The translations under genes were made by a program, and so were the position numbers. A stretch of 55,124 bases of DNA, taken from the IMG/VR virus record IMGVR_UViG_3300021957_000047, positions 1 to 55,124 of that record. One strand, given 5' to 3'. The notes under the pieces are model-generated. The model had not been told where the DNA came from, did no database searches, and saw only the letters and a list, made by a program, of their open reading frames with translations. Position 1 is the stretch's first letter, and the number at the start of each line of letters is the position of its first letter. Shown piece after piece: positions 18,416 through 27,044 of this stretch. Origin of the DNA: a virus. Lineage: Duplodnaviria > Caudoviricetes.

Positions 18416-19129
18416 TTAGTTATCTTCATCGAATAGCGCCTCAAAGTCGCTGTTGATGATAAATGATCTCAGAAATGTAAAGTTCTGTAGATCGGCATCC
18501 CCATCCCATATTGTCGATTCTCTTATCCAGCCCATAGCAGATATTGGATCACAGATGCTAATAGGTACCTTTGATACTAACTCTGGATAGTTTCTCATAA
18601 AATATCTATTGTCAACAGCTTCTTCTGCGCCTTTCTCATATAACTCTTTGAGTAGCATATGAGCGGTTACATATGTGATAGCATACGCATGGGCTCCTCC
18701 ATGCATTCCAATTGGTATAAGTCGAACAGATGGTCCTGCTCTTTCGTGATCATATGCAGTGATGTTTGGATACTTATAGCCTAAACAGACTATTTCATTA
18801 TCTGGTATATCTATTTCTAGTTTGTGTAACATGACTGCATCGTGTTCTAATATAATAGCACACTCTTTATTCTCTGCTATTCTTTGCCACACTAAGGCGT
18901 GTGTTGCAGAGGCACATGCGGCTTTATCATCCATTTCAGCACGAATGATTATACCTTCTTTTACGTGCGCCCATGCTTGTACTAAATCTAAGTCTTGCAA
19001 TCCTTGTATAATTTGATACTCAATACCTAAGTCGTTACAACTCTTCACTGCGTGTGCGGCATATTCAATTGAAAGAGGATCATTGATTACAATAATATAT
19101 GCTTTCTCGGGTTTCATTTTACACCTCAA
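18416..19129 (-). CDS. glycosyltransferase family 25-like
   Basis: AYIIVI, ACASATHALVWQRI, IILEHDA, GAHAYAI. Confidence 0.75.
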   Translation of the reverse strand: MRCKMKPEKAYIIVINDPLSIEYAAHAVKSCNDLGIEYQIIQGLQDLDLVQAWAHVKEGIIIRAEMDDKAACASATHALVWQRIAENKECAIILEHDAVMLHKLEIDIPDNEIVCLGYKYPNITAYDHERAGPSVRLIPIGMHGGAHAYAITYVTAHMLLKELYEKGAEEAVDNRYFMRNYPELVSKVPISICDPISAMGWIRESTIWDGDADLQNFTFLRSFIINSDFEALFDEDN

Positions 19130-20262
19130 TATCTAGATGGCTTCACTCTCTTGTAAGGTAGTCTTGTGTCTGGATCAGTTGATAGATTCACGACCTCACA
19201 GTTATGCTCTTGAGCAACGTCTTCAAGTCTTCGATAGATATTAGTGAGATAGTTAGGATCACCGTCTCCATACATCTTAGCCATTCTATCTGGATCTGGT
19301 ATACCGTTCTGTTTGATATCATTACCCACACCATAGATAGAAGTAGCTCCGTCATTAGTAGGCGTGTAGTTCATATCACAGCCTAGGAAAGCAATAACAC
19401 TGGGTGCTAGTTCTGACAATGCCCAATATCCTGCATTCAGAGTAATAGAGAAACCACACGCTTTCTGACCGCCATACTTGTTCAGTGCAGGACCATATGC
19501 TTTCACAATTGTTTGATGCTCTTTAGCTACTGCTTGCTCACCTTCAAAATCTGGTGGTCTGACCCAGTAGTCCCAATCACAAACTCTATATCCATTGTTG
19601 ATAGCAACGACAGTCCAACCTTCTTGCTTATATGGATAATCGTTGATCTGCTTAGATGATAATCCGCTTGCTACTAGTAACACTTTACTTTGTTTGATTT
19701 GACCAGTGCGTCTGAAAAACAATCCTCTGCTACGTACAAAGTCACGTTTCATGGTAGATGCTTGACGAATTTGATGTGTACTAGCTTCGTCAAACTCAAA
19801 GCCATACTTACCGAATACTTTGATCCAGTAGTCTTCTTCTTTTAGATTTACGTGATGTGTACCGTTAGTACCAGGAGGTGCGTATGTAATGAATGCATAC
19901 TTACACTTAGCGAATGATTGCATGTAGTTATCGATATACTTTTCTTCTACATGCTCTACAAATTCTGTTGACCAAGCTAGGTCATAGTCTTTCTCTGTGT
20001 ACGTTGTTTCTGCAAAGTCACAGGGAATAATATTGATATCTGGATTTTCTGGAATGACCCGAACATCACCATCAATACCTTCTGCATCAATACCAACTTC
20101 TTTTGCAACCCTAATGTTACCACCAGGACCACATCCTATATCTAGCATTGTGCCTATTTTGAATTTTTGTTTGATTAGTTCTAGCGAACCTTTATCGGTA
20201 TGTGATACCCAATTATGTCCGCCTAGATGTTTTTTATATACTGTAGGATCACCGTATGCCAT
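19126..20262 (-). CDS. class I SAM methyltransferase fused to a DUF115/sialyltransferase-like domain
   Basis: MLDIGCGPG, EFVEHV, HHVN in the N-half; VLLVASGLS, VVAINN, AFLGCDM in the C-half. Confidence 0.7.
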   Translation of the reverse strand: MAYGDPTVYKKHLGGHNWVSHTDKGSLELIKQKFKIGTMLDIGCGPGGNIRVAKEVGIDAEGIDGDVRVIPENPDINIIPCDFAETTYTEKDYDLAWSTEFVEHVEEKYIDNYMQSFAKCKYAFITYAPPGTNGTHHVNLKEEDYWIKVFGKYGFEFDEASTHQIRQASTMKRDFVRSRGLFFRRTGQIKQSKVLLVASGLSSKQINDYPYKQEGWTVVAINNGYRVCDWDYWVRPPDFEGEQAVAKEHQTIVKAYGPALNKYGGQKACGFSITLNAGYWALSELAPSVIAFLGCDMNYTPTNDGATSIYGVGNDIKQNGIPDPDRMAKMYGDGDPNYLTNIYRRLEDVAQEHNCEVVNLSTDPDTRLPYKRVKPSRY

Positions 20263-20292
20263 TTTCTATCCTCATCAATTGTTATAATAAAT

Positions 20293-20316
20293 AAAAAAGG
20301 AGCCGAAGCCCCTTTC
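20293..20316 (-). terminator. intrinsic terminator with cUUCGg loop
   Basis: GGGGC-TTCG-GCTCC-TTTTTT. Confidence 0.85.
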
Positions 20317-20338
20317 AAGTCCTCAAGTGTATTTAGTG

Positions 20339-20524
20339 TTACCTATTTTGTAACTTCGTAATCTCTAACATACACTGTTTCGATTCCTCGTGGTAACCCT
20401 GCCTTGCGAGTTCCGCCGCTGCCCGTGAGTACCCCACTATCTGCGAATAACGATCTACTGATGACCAGAATCCCGACAACGGTGAAAATACATAGTTTGC
20501 TACTAAAGCTGTCATTAGACCCAC
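20339..20524 (-). CDS. small hypothetical protein
   Basis: 61-aa ORF (GYSRAAAELARQGY) directly downstream of the DUF1127 gene. Confidence 0.65.
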   Translation of the reverse strand: MGLMTALVANYVFSPLSGFWSSVDRYSQIVGYSRAAAELARQGYHEESKQCMLEITKLQNR

Positions 20525-20757
20525 CCCCGTAAATTTGGATTATCTGATCTATCTGGAGAATATGCGCCGATTGATACTGAGTGGATTAGTCCTCTGTGCA
20601 AACCGATGTCTGCTAGTTCTTTGTCTGTAAGTTTTGATAGTTGATTATATGTTTCTCTATAAGTCTTGCGGTCTTCGAAGTATCTCACCACTTTATAGAT
20701 GTAAGCTGATAAGAATGAGAAGTCTAGAAATCGTACTGCGGCTAATACGTGTGCCAT
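20515..20757 (-). CDS. DUF1127 (YjiS-like) small protein
   Basis: YRETYNQLSKLTDKELADIGLHRGLI; ends NPNLRGWV. Confidence 0.85.
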   Translation of the reverse strand: MAHVLAAVRFLDFSFLSAYIYKVVRYFEDRKTYRETYNQLSKLTDKELADIGLHRGLIHSVSIGAYSPDRSDNPNLRGWV

Positions 20758-20810
20758 TATGAAACCTTTCGTATGTGATAAATGTATTATGTCAATCTTG
20801 TTGACGCAAA

Positions 20811-20818
20811 TATTTATA
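20811..20818 (-). promoter_or_regulatory. T4-type late promoter
   Basis: TATAAATA upstream of the DUF1127 gene. Confidence 0.75.
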
Positions 20819-20901
20819 CAAGAAAAGTTGATTTTTACTCTAAATTACGATGACATTTCCGAATACCCGTAATGCTGGTATTGCATCTGTGACAACCTGA
20901 C

Positions 20902-22131
20902 TTACTTCTGCCAGCCTTTGATTATTTCTGGAGAAAAGTTAGCATTACTAAACTGTAGTCTGTCTACTAGTTTGACTGCATTTTTACCCATACGATCAAT
21001 AGCGACAAAGCCTTCTTGCTCTGTTACTTTGAATCCATCTGCGGTCTTTAGAAACGTACCGATGCTCTTAGTCTTATCTAGTTTACGTATTAGCATAAGC
21101 TTGGCTTCAACGATTAGATTATAGAGTTCGAACAATGCCACAATCTGAGACTTAGGTACGTTAGCGAAGTACGACAGAATGTCTTTGCGCTTCTCTACTC
21201 TACCAGCTTTACTCTTCGCAGTCTTTAGCTTGTCGATCTCTTTTTGGTAGTAGTCATGAATATAGTCCATGAGTTCTGTGACAAACCTATTAGGGTTTTT
21301 GATTTGCTCACCCTGTCTTACTTTAGAGTTGATGAATGTCTTCACTCTCAACAATCTATCGGGATGATTCGTAATACCGTCAAACGTACCACGCTTGATA
21401 GTATTGAATTTCTTACCAGCGGCAGATAATACCTTAGTGATATCTGCGGTCTCTTTCTTGGTCATGCTTGCATTACCAGAGACATCTTTATACACTGCGT
21501 CTACTGACCAGACTTGTTTGCTTTCTTTGAGTTTGCTCGCAATCTCTTCTCCAAAACTTGCTGACATTTCCTCAAAGCTATTTCCTCTGTAAGTAGTGTG
21601 CCATACCACACCGATGCTGGATCGCATGATTCTCTTAGCAAGGTCGCTTTTCGTTGGTATCGCATAAACAATGGTGTTAGGATGGAAAGTAATATACGAT
21701 GTTCCATCAATAGTTTCTTTTCTAATATCTTCTTTCGCATATAGGAAATCACCTTGGACAACTCCTTCAATTCCTAGAGATGGAAAGTGCTCCAACGCTA
21801 GTTTCAATTTTGTATTCAAATCACCAGATGTGTCTGCATCTATGTCTGCATCACTCTTATACACTTTGGGATTCTTGTTGAAGATACCTTTCTTGGCAAC
21901 AAAAAACTTGCCGTCAGAGGGATCTTTACCTGCAAAGATAGCGGGAGCTCCGTCCCATTTGACAGTTAGATTGACTGGTGCCTTTGCATCACCTGCCATC
22001 ATGTCACGCAATGAACGTAAGTAGTTTATACTTTGTCTTGCGCCAGTTACACCAGCATTGAGGACATTATCCTCTAAATGCTCCATGTGTACATTCTTTT
22101 CTTCAGTAAGATAGTTCGTTAGTCTCATCAT
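20902..22131 (-). CDS. covalent nucleotidyltransferase / ATP-dependent ligase-like protein (DUF6267-like)
   Basis: Motif I VKWDG, motif III-like QGDFL, motif IV EGFV, motif V VKL. Confidence 0.65.
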   Translation of the reverse strand: MMRLTNYLTEEKNVHMEHLEDNVLNAGVTGARQSINYLRSLRDMMAGDAKAPVNLTVKWDGAPAIFAGKDPSDGKFFVAKKGIFNKNPKVYKSDADIDADTSGDLNTKLKLALEHFPSLGIEGVVQGDFLYAKEDIRKETIDGTSYITFHPNTIVYAIPTKSDLAKRIMRSSIGVVWHTTYRGNSFEEMSASFGEEIASKLKESKQVWSVDAVYKDVSGNASMTKKETADITKVLSAAGKKFNTIKRGTFDGITNHPDRLLRVKTFINSKVRQGEQIKNPNRFVTELMDYIHDYYQKEIDKLKTAKSKAGRVEKRKDILSYFANVPKSQIVALFELYNLIVEAKLMLIRKLDKTKSIGTFLKTADGFKVTEQEGFVAIDRMGKNAVKLVDRLQFSNANFSPEIIKGWQK

Positions 22132-23204
22132 AGCTTTATCTTCAATCCTACACGTGTTGATCCACCCGATGCGCCACCGTATGTAGCAAGCACAAATGAT
22201 TTGAATACTGGAAGTTCTGGCATTTTCAGTACGTTGCCAGCATCACCGCCACCTACGTAGTATATCTCAAACTTATCGCCAGAACGATTGTGTACTACAA
22301 AGTAGTCATCACCACCTTCACCGAAGTGATCGATAATAACACTACGCATCTTCGATAAGATTGTTCTATCGGTGATGGCAAACTCAGCGGGTAACTTACC
22401 AGACTTCACTACGCCTGTATCACCTGCTAGTCCTATTGTAGAATTGCGAGAGTTGAAGTAGTCGATCAATCCAATAAACGTTGGAGGCAACTTCATCTTT
22501 CTCATCTCAGCATCTACTTTCTTGCCATCGACTCTCAGAGTGGTTCTGTATACATCTGCAATCTCTTCAATTATCTCTGGCTTACGACCACCACGCTTGA
22601 CTGATTTGTCAAAGAACGTAATCGGTGCTGTACGATTACTTGTACCTTTGATCTCAAACTGAGTAGTCTTCTTGTCAATAGTCATTACTAGATCGGGAAT
22701 AGTTGACCCTGGTCTAGCTGTCTTGAATTCTGTCTCTACTTCGATACCATTCTTGAACGCATGGTCTTTCACATATAGTGCAACCATATCTTGCGTTTTA
22801 GATCCAGCGCCTACACGTCCTTGTGCGCCCCCACCTGGCTTCACTATTGCACTAATAGCAACATAGCCATCTGGTCGCTGATCAAATCCTTTGAGTGAAA
22901 CTGGTGCGAGAGTTGTACGTCTCGTAATGCCAAACTCTGTTGATCTATGTAATGTAGCAGGAATGGTAAAGTGTACTGTTTCGCCCTTCTTCAATTGCTT
23001 TACAACAGTACCGTCTTCTGAATACAAAGGTGCAGGCTTCTCCATAGGAAAGCCCTCTTTGAATTTGTAATCGGTCAGAACCTCTGGCGCATAGGTCGTT
23101 CTTTCACCAGCACCAGTAAAATCTCTGTTCTTACCTACATCTGACGGAAAGTTTTTAGGACTGAATGTCGCCACTTCTGCTAGGTATCCTCTAAAAGTCT
23201 TCAT
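22128..23204 (-). CDS. PD-(D/E)XK nuclease-like protein with capsid-targeting-like N-terminus
   Basis: Likely start MKTFRGYLAEV; IPDLVM...QFEIKG. Confidence 0.6.
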   Translation of the reverse strand: MKTFRGYLAEVATFSPKNFPSDVGKNRDFTGAGERTTYAPEVLTDYKFKEGFPMEKPAPLYSEDGTVVKQLKKGETVHFTIPATLHRSTEFGITRRTTLAPVSLKGFDQRPDGYVAISAIVKPGGGAQGRVGAGSKTQDMVALYVKDHAFKNGIEVETEFKTARPGSTIPDLVMTIDKKTTQFEIKGTSNRTAPITFFDKSVKRGGRKPEIIEEIADVYRTTLRVDGKKVDAEMRKMKLPPTFIGLIDYFNSRNSTIGLAGDTGVVKSGKLPAEFAITDRTILSKMRSVIIDHFGEGGDDYFVVHNRSGDKFEIYYVGGGDAGNVLKMPELPVFKSFVLATYGGASGGSTRVGLKIKL

Positions 23205-23239
23205 ATCTCTTCTATTCATTTCTGTTGACTAGACAGTGT

Positions 23240-23247
23240 TATTTATA
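23240..23247 (-). promoter_or_regulatory. T4-type late promoter
   Basis: TATAAATA immediately after a terminator. Confidence 0.85.
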
Positions 23248-23249
23248 AT

Positions 23250-23278
23250 AAAGGGAGACAGCGTTGCCACTATCTCCC
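23250..23278 (-). terminator. intrinsic terminator
   Basis: GGGAGATAG-TGGCAACG-CTGTCTCCC-TTT. Confidence 0.75.
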
Positions 23279-23307
23279 CACCCCTCTACTATCAGTTCCT
23301 TCTGATC

Positions 23308-23799
23308 TTAGGCTGCCTTGAGATACGACTCAAGTTGCTTATAAGGGATAACACTGTTGTCTTCCATGACAAACTGAGATGTGTAGTTATCCCTATCATT
23401 CTCAGGAAGAACAGTCCAAGTCTCAATCTTAGTTTTGATCTCAGACCTCATATAACCAAACTCACCATTCTCAGTTGTTTTGGTCGCAACGAACCCATCA
23501 TCTTGAGCAGTGAGATAGATTGGCGCTTCCCACTCCTGAATATGGTCCTCAAGTTTGAAGTCACACTCATCAATAACTTCCATGCCAAGGATATACTCCT
23601 GAGCCATATCGTTAGAGTATTCGATGTGTGCCTCTAGATTGCTCCAGAATGTAGACGCCTGAGCCTGCTCAACCGTAGCATCAACGATGTACGTATCACC
23701 GCCCTTGTACTTCCAGTACGCATCTGTACCAGTACCGAGGGAACCATCTTCGTTCCAAGCGTAGTTTTCCATAAACTGAGTCTGAATAACAATCTTCAT
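23308..23799 (-). CDS. hypothetical early protein
   Basis: 163 aa; IQTQFMENY...YWKYKGG; GGAG SD. Confidence 0.75.
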   Translation of the reverse strand: MKIVIQTQFMENYAWNEDGSLGTGTDAYWKYKGGDTYIVDATVEQAQASTFWSNLEAHIEYSNDMAQEYILGMEVIDECDFKLEDHIQEWEAPIYLTAQDDGFVATKTTENGEFGYMRSEIKTKIETWTVLPENDRDNYTSQFVMEDNSVIPYKQLESYLKAA

Positions 23800-23802
23800 A
23801 AT

Positions 23803-24015
23803 CTATCTCTCCAAGATAACTAAGTCACCGAAGTAACTATCAAACGTTAGTAAAAGGTCTTCGTAATCACCCGCAGTCATTTCAGAACATACGGTCTGCC
23901 AATCGTTACCAGTCTTATGAGATAACTGTCTGGCTAGTTGTAACAGGTAATACGAATTACCATCTGGGCCCGATAAGTCGATAATCAATTCCTTATCAGT
24001 CTTCTCCCTGATCAC
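23803..24015 (-). CDS. hypothetical early protein
   Basis: 70 aa; IDLSGPDGN motif. Confidence 0.7.
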   Translation of the reverse strand: MIREKTDKELIIDLSGPDGNSYYLLQLARQLSHKTGNDWQTVCSEMTAGDYEDLLLTFDSYFGDLVILER

Positions 24016-24155
24016 GACATTTGACCAGATTGAACCATTGCAACTCCCTGTTGACTGTACATAGAGTGAACAGCACGTGACTGCTCTTCAGTCAAATACT
24101 CGTAACGCTCTTTTTCGCCAGTCTCGACACTAATCAAAGCTTCTACAAACCACAT
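24012..24155 (-). CDS. 47-aa hypothetical early protein
   Basis: Hand translation MWFVEALISVETGEKERYEYL...; AAGGA SD; GTGA overlap with the next gene. Confidence 0.65.
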   Translation of the reverse strand: MWFVEALISVETGEKERYEYLTEEQSRAVHSMYSQQGVAMVQSGQMS

Positions 24156-24186
24156 AATATATTTCCTTTCATGAACTTACTATACT

Positions 24187-24220
24187 AATATAGTACATCT
24201 GTACCAGATTGTCAACCCCT
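24187..24220 (-). promoter_or_regulatory. early promoter, AGGGGTTGACA type
   Basis: AGGGG-TTGACA-17-TATATT. Confidence 0.8.
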
Positions 24221-24410
24221 AAAACAAATAATTTTGAATTTCTTCGTAAACGAAATCCGCATTCTCATTTATGGCGTCAAGTTGTTCTTCAGTAGCTGGC
24301 TCACCATCTACTAAGGCTTCTTCGATATAAGCATCGCAGAAGTCTGGATAGTCTTTCATATCCAAATCACCAATGTATTGTACATCAACTTTTGTAAAAT
24401 CAATATTCAT
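24219..24410 (-). CDS. small acidic early protein
   Basis: Start MNIDF; DMKDYPDFCDAYI. Confidence 0.7.
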   Translation of the reverse strand: MNIDFTKVDVQYIGDLDMKDYPDFCDAYIEEALVDGEPATEEQLDAINENADFVYEEIQNYLF

Positions 24411-24441
24411 AATATAACTCACTTTCTTTATGTTATACTGT

Positions 24442-24475
24442 ACTGTACAACACATTTTCGGAAATGTCAACCCCT
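24442..24475 (-). promoter_or_regulatory. early promoter, AGGGGTTGACA type
   Basis: AGGGG-TTGACA-17-TACAGT with an extended TG. Confidence 0.75.
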
Positions 24476-24716
24476 AAAATGCACTATTTTCAAAAAAATT
24501 ATCAACTACTTTATCCATTTCTCCGAATGGACCAATAGAGTTCTCCTCTTCTTGGGCATCTTGGATATCCATTAGATCAACTTTCAGTTCAGCTAACAGC
24601 ACCTTAGTTTCTTGAGGTATCGCACCTGGACGAATACTTTCTATAGTAGCGAAGGCATTCTGAGCGGCACTAATCGCCTGCATCTTCTGTTGAACGTTTT
24701 TCATTTTCATCTCCAT
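24474..24716 (-). CDS. hypothetical early protein
   Basis: 80-aa ORF between two promoters. Confidence 0.65.
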   Translation of the reverse strand: MEMKMKNVQQKMQAISAAQNAFATIESIRPGAIPQETKVLLAELKVDLMDIQDAQEEENSIGPFGEMDKVVDNFFENSAF

Positions 24717-24732
24717 TTCAATTTACTATGCT

Positions 24733-24765
24733 ATGATAACAGGTTTGGCAGAAATGTCAACCCCT
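24733..24765 (-). promoter_or_regulatory. early promoter, AGGGGTTGACA type
   Basis: AGGGG-TTGACA-16-TATCAT. Confidence 0.65.
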
Positions 24766-24945
24766 TTTTGAAAATATTTCACACATAAATTGATCTATTT
24801 CTTCAGTTGTCATGGTAGTACCAGATAACCTCTGGGCCGTAACTAACATCCTTTCTTTAGAGTACTCTTCCATTGCACACTCGAGGATACGTGCTTCTTC
24901 GATTGCCTCAATGATCTGGTCTACTAATTTTTCGCTCTTTGCCAT
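24757..24945 (-). CDS. hypothetical protein
   Basis: 62 aa with a GGGAG SD. Confidence 0.65.
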   Translation of the reverse strand: MAKSEKLVDQIIEAIEEARILECAMEEYSKERMLVTAQRLSGTTMTTEEIDQFMCEIFSKRG

Positions 24946-25240
24946 AATATGACTCCCATAATACTTTTACACTTGAGAATGTGTGTGTCGGGTAATCCTC
25001 TAACCTATTACCTTCACGCACATCTTCTAACGAGATAAAGCTTTTGTATCTATGCTCTATCTTATCCCAATATTGTATCATACGATTGCGTAGCTTGTCA
25101 AGTACTTTCTCATCTAAGAGAGTTTCGCCTAATTCATCTTTTGCGTACATTGCCATAATGTACCAAGGTATTATTAGATTCATATCATCATCAACTATCT
25201 GTAGACAAGCATAACTAAGATTGTCTTTTGGATCGTCCAT
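24908..25240 (-). CDS. hypothetical protein, weakly resembling the NAD-ligase Ia subdomain
   Basis: WYIMAMYA...LLDEKVLDKL...WDKIEH; degenerate motif. Confidence 0.55.
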   Translation of the reverse strand: MDDPKDNLSYACLQIVDDDMNLIIPWYIMAMYAKDELGETLLDEKVLDKLRNRMIQYWDKIEHRYKSFISLEDVREGNRLEDYPTHTFSSVKVLWESYYGKERKISRPDH

Positions 25241-25268
25241 GTAGTTCCTTCTCTGAATTTCGTGTTTG

Positions 25269-25276
25269 TATAAATA
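25269..25276 (+). promoter_or_regulatory. T4-type late promoter on the plus strand
   Basis: Exact TATAAATA, opposite to all flanking genes. Confidence 0.75.
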
Positions 25277-25277
25277 A

Positions 25278-25440
25278 GATCGGGTGCGTGTTAGTACGTG
25301 TAAACAACGTAAGAGGCAAGTGTTTGAGAAATCATACCAGGAATAGCAGACGTAACATCAAGAATGTCCGTGGGGTTCGGGTCTGCCACGTATCAGTCCA
25401 GTAAAGAGGGTGATTATTCTAGCGAGTAGTCGCCTTTTTT
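25278..25440 (+). ncRNA. candidate structured non-coding RNA of about 160 nt
   Basis: Bounded by a late promoter and a plus-strand terminator; several nested helices; no SD-led ORF. Confidence 0.65.
25403..25440 (+). terminator. plus-strand intrinsic terminator
   Basis: AAAGAGGGTGATTATTC-TAGC-GAGTAGTCGCCTTTTTT: 17 contiguous pairs, 5 of them G-U, ending in U6. Confidence 0.7.
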
Positions 25441-25626
25441 ATTGGGCTGATAAAAAACTCCCAACCCCATAAAACTAGGGCTCCAGCCCCCGAAACCATT
25501 ACCAAGATTTAGCTGAGTGCATAACTCCCTTGCTTGTGTTTTATTACTAAACTTCTGCATAATCAGACTACTTCTTTTCTCCACTACCATGTGGATACTA
25601 TTATCACTCTTGATAACATACGACAT
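25414..25626 (-). CDS. hypothetical protein
   Basis: 70 aa coupled to gp41; LNLGNGFGGWSPSF. Confidence 0.65.
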   Translation of the reverse strand: MSYVIKSDNSIHMVVEKRSSLIMQKFSNKTQARELCTQLNLGNGFGGWSPSFMGLGVFYQPNKKGDYSLE

Positions 25627-27044
25627 TACTTGAATCCCTCAAACTTAGGCTTAGACTTACCCTTGAAACTGAGGACAGTATCGCCATCATTTTCACTGCT
25701 CATTCTTTGACCAACGGGTGTCTTGTTCATCACTGGACTGTCATCCATAAGACCTTGTTGGGCACTCTCTTCAGCATCAAATAAACGCATCTTCGATCTG
25801 TCGATACCGACAACGAAACGCTTGTGAGCATTGGTATCGCCCCAACGATTTTTGAGTTGCTTGATCATCAACTGACCAAGGGATTCTAATTCTTCTGTAG
25901 AGATCAAACCAAACATAAAGTCAGCCGTTGCGGGTAGACCAAATGATTCTGAGGTGTCTTCTAAGTTCAAGTCAGAACTACTGAACCCAGTTCGATTAGT
26001 CTGAGTAGCAGACATGATAGGCACATTGAACTCAACAGCAAGACCACGTAACTCTTCTGCGATTGCTTTGATTAGTGTGTAAGAGTTTACACTACCACCC
26101 ATGCGAATACGAGAAGACATACAGATGTTCAGATAATCGATGTAGATCATATCTGGCTTGAAGTTACGTTTTAGTTTCAATTCGTTTAGCAGATGTCGGA
26201 AGTGATTAGAACCAGCACTAGCAGTTGGATATTCTTTTACGATCAACTTACCAGTAGACTTATTCTTCACACGACCGAGTCTTTTCTCGTAGACATCACG
26301 TGGTACTTCACGCAACTGGTCTACAGTCAAGTCTAATAGATTGGCATCGATACGCTCTGCAATACGTTCTTCTGCCATTTCCATTGTGATATAGAGTACA
26401 TTCAATCCGGCAGTCAGATTGGCTGCCGCACAGTGGGTCATGAACAATGTCTTACCAACACCTGTACCTGCAAGCGCAACGCTGAGTGATTTACGTGACA
26501 CACCACCTTTAGTGATAACGTTCATCAAATCCAGATCGAATGGAATCTTATCTTCTTTAGTGTGGTAGAAATTGTAACGTTCATCAGAATCATCTAAGTA
26601 ATCGTGACCCACACTGTTATCAAAGGATACACCCAGAGCCTTCTCAAGAAGTTCTGGGATAGCACCCTTATCTAATTGTTTGTGATTACCATCTAGCACT
26701 AGAATGGACTCACGAACAGCATTATAGATGGCTTTGTCTTGACAGAACTTTTCAGTCTTGTCAACCAGCCAGTCGAGGTCAGTCTTATCGTCATACGATA
26801 AAGAATCAATCATATCATTGATTTGCTTGTATTGCTCCTCATTGATATTAGATTTCTCATCGATAGACACCTTCAATGCACCCTTGGTAGGGATACTATT
26901 GTAACTGTCTACGTACTGAGCGACCTCGACAAATACAGTCTGGTGTGACTGCTGGTCGAAATAATCATTTTGGAGAAACGGCAGAACCTTTCGTGCATAT
27001 TCATCATTACTAATAAGTCCCGCTAAGATTGTTTCTTCGATCAT
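25626..27044 (-). CDS. gp41: replicative DNA helicase
   Basis: AGTGVGKT, TMEM, IDYLNI, SATQTNR, ESFGLPATAD, KNR. Confidence 0.95.
   Translation of the reverse strand: MIEETILAGLISNDEYARKVLPFLQNDYFDQQSHQTVFVEVAQYVDSYNSIPTKGALKVSIDEKSNINEEQYKQINDMIDSLSYDDKTDLDWLVDKTEKFCQDKAIYNAVRESILVLDGNHKQLDKGAIPELLEKALGVSFDNSVGHDYLDDSDERYNFYHTKEDKIPFDLDLMNVITKGGVSRKSLSVALAGTGVGKTLFMTHCAAANLTAGLNVLYITMEMAEERIAERIDANLLDLTVDQLREVPRDVYEKRLGRVKNKSTGKLIVKEYPTASAGSNHFRHLLNELKLKRNFKPDMIYIDYLNICMSSRIRMGGSVNSYTLIKAIAEELRGLAVEFNVPIMSATQTNRTGFSSSDLNLEDTSESFGLPATADFMFGLISTEELESLGQLMIKQLKNRWGDTNAHKRFVVGIDRSKMRLFDAEESAQQGLMDDSPVMNKTPVGQRMSSENDGDTVLSFKGKSKPKFEGFK

Noticed and set aside
25341-25400. Assigning the ncRNA to SRP, RNase P, cobalamin or SAM riboswitch, or tRNA families
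   Set aside because: Only isolated fragments match (CAGGAA..AGCAG, GAGGCAAGT, GCCAC, GTTCG); the required flanking architecture is missing.
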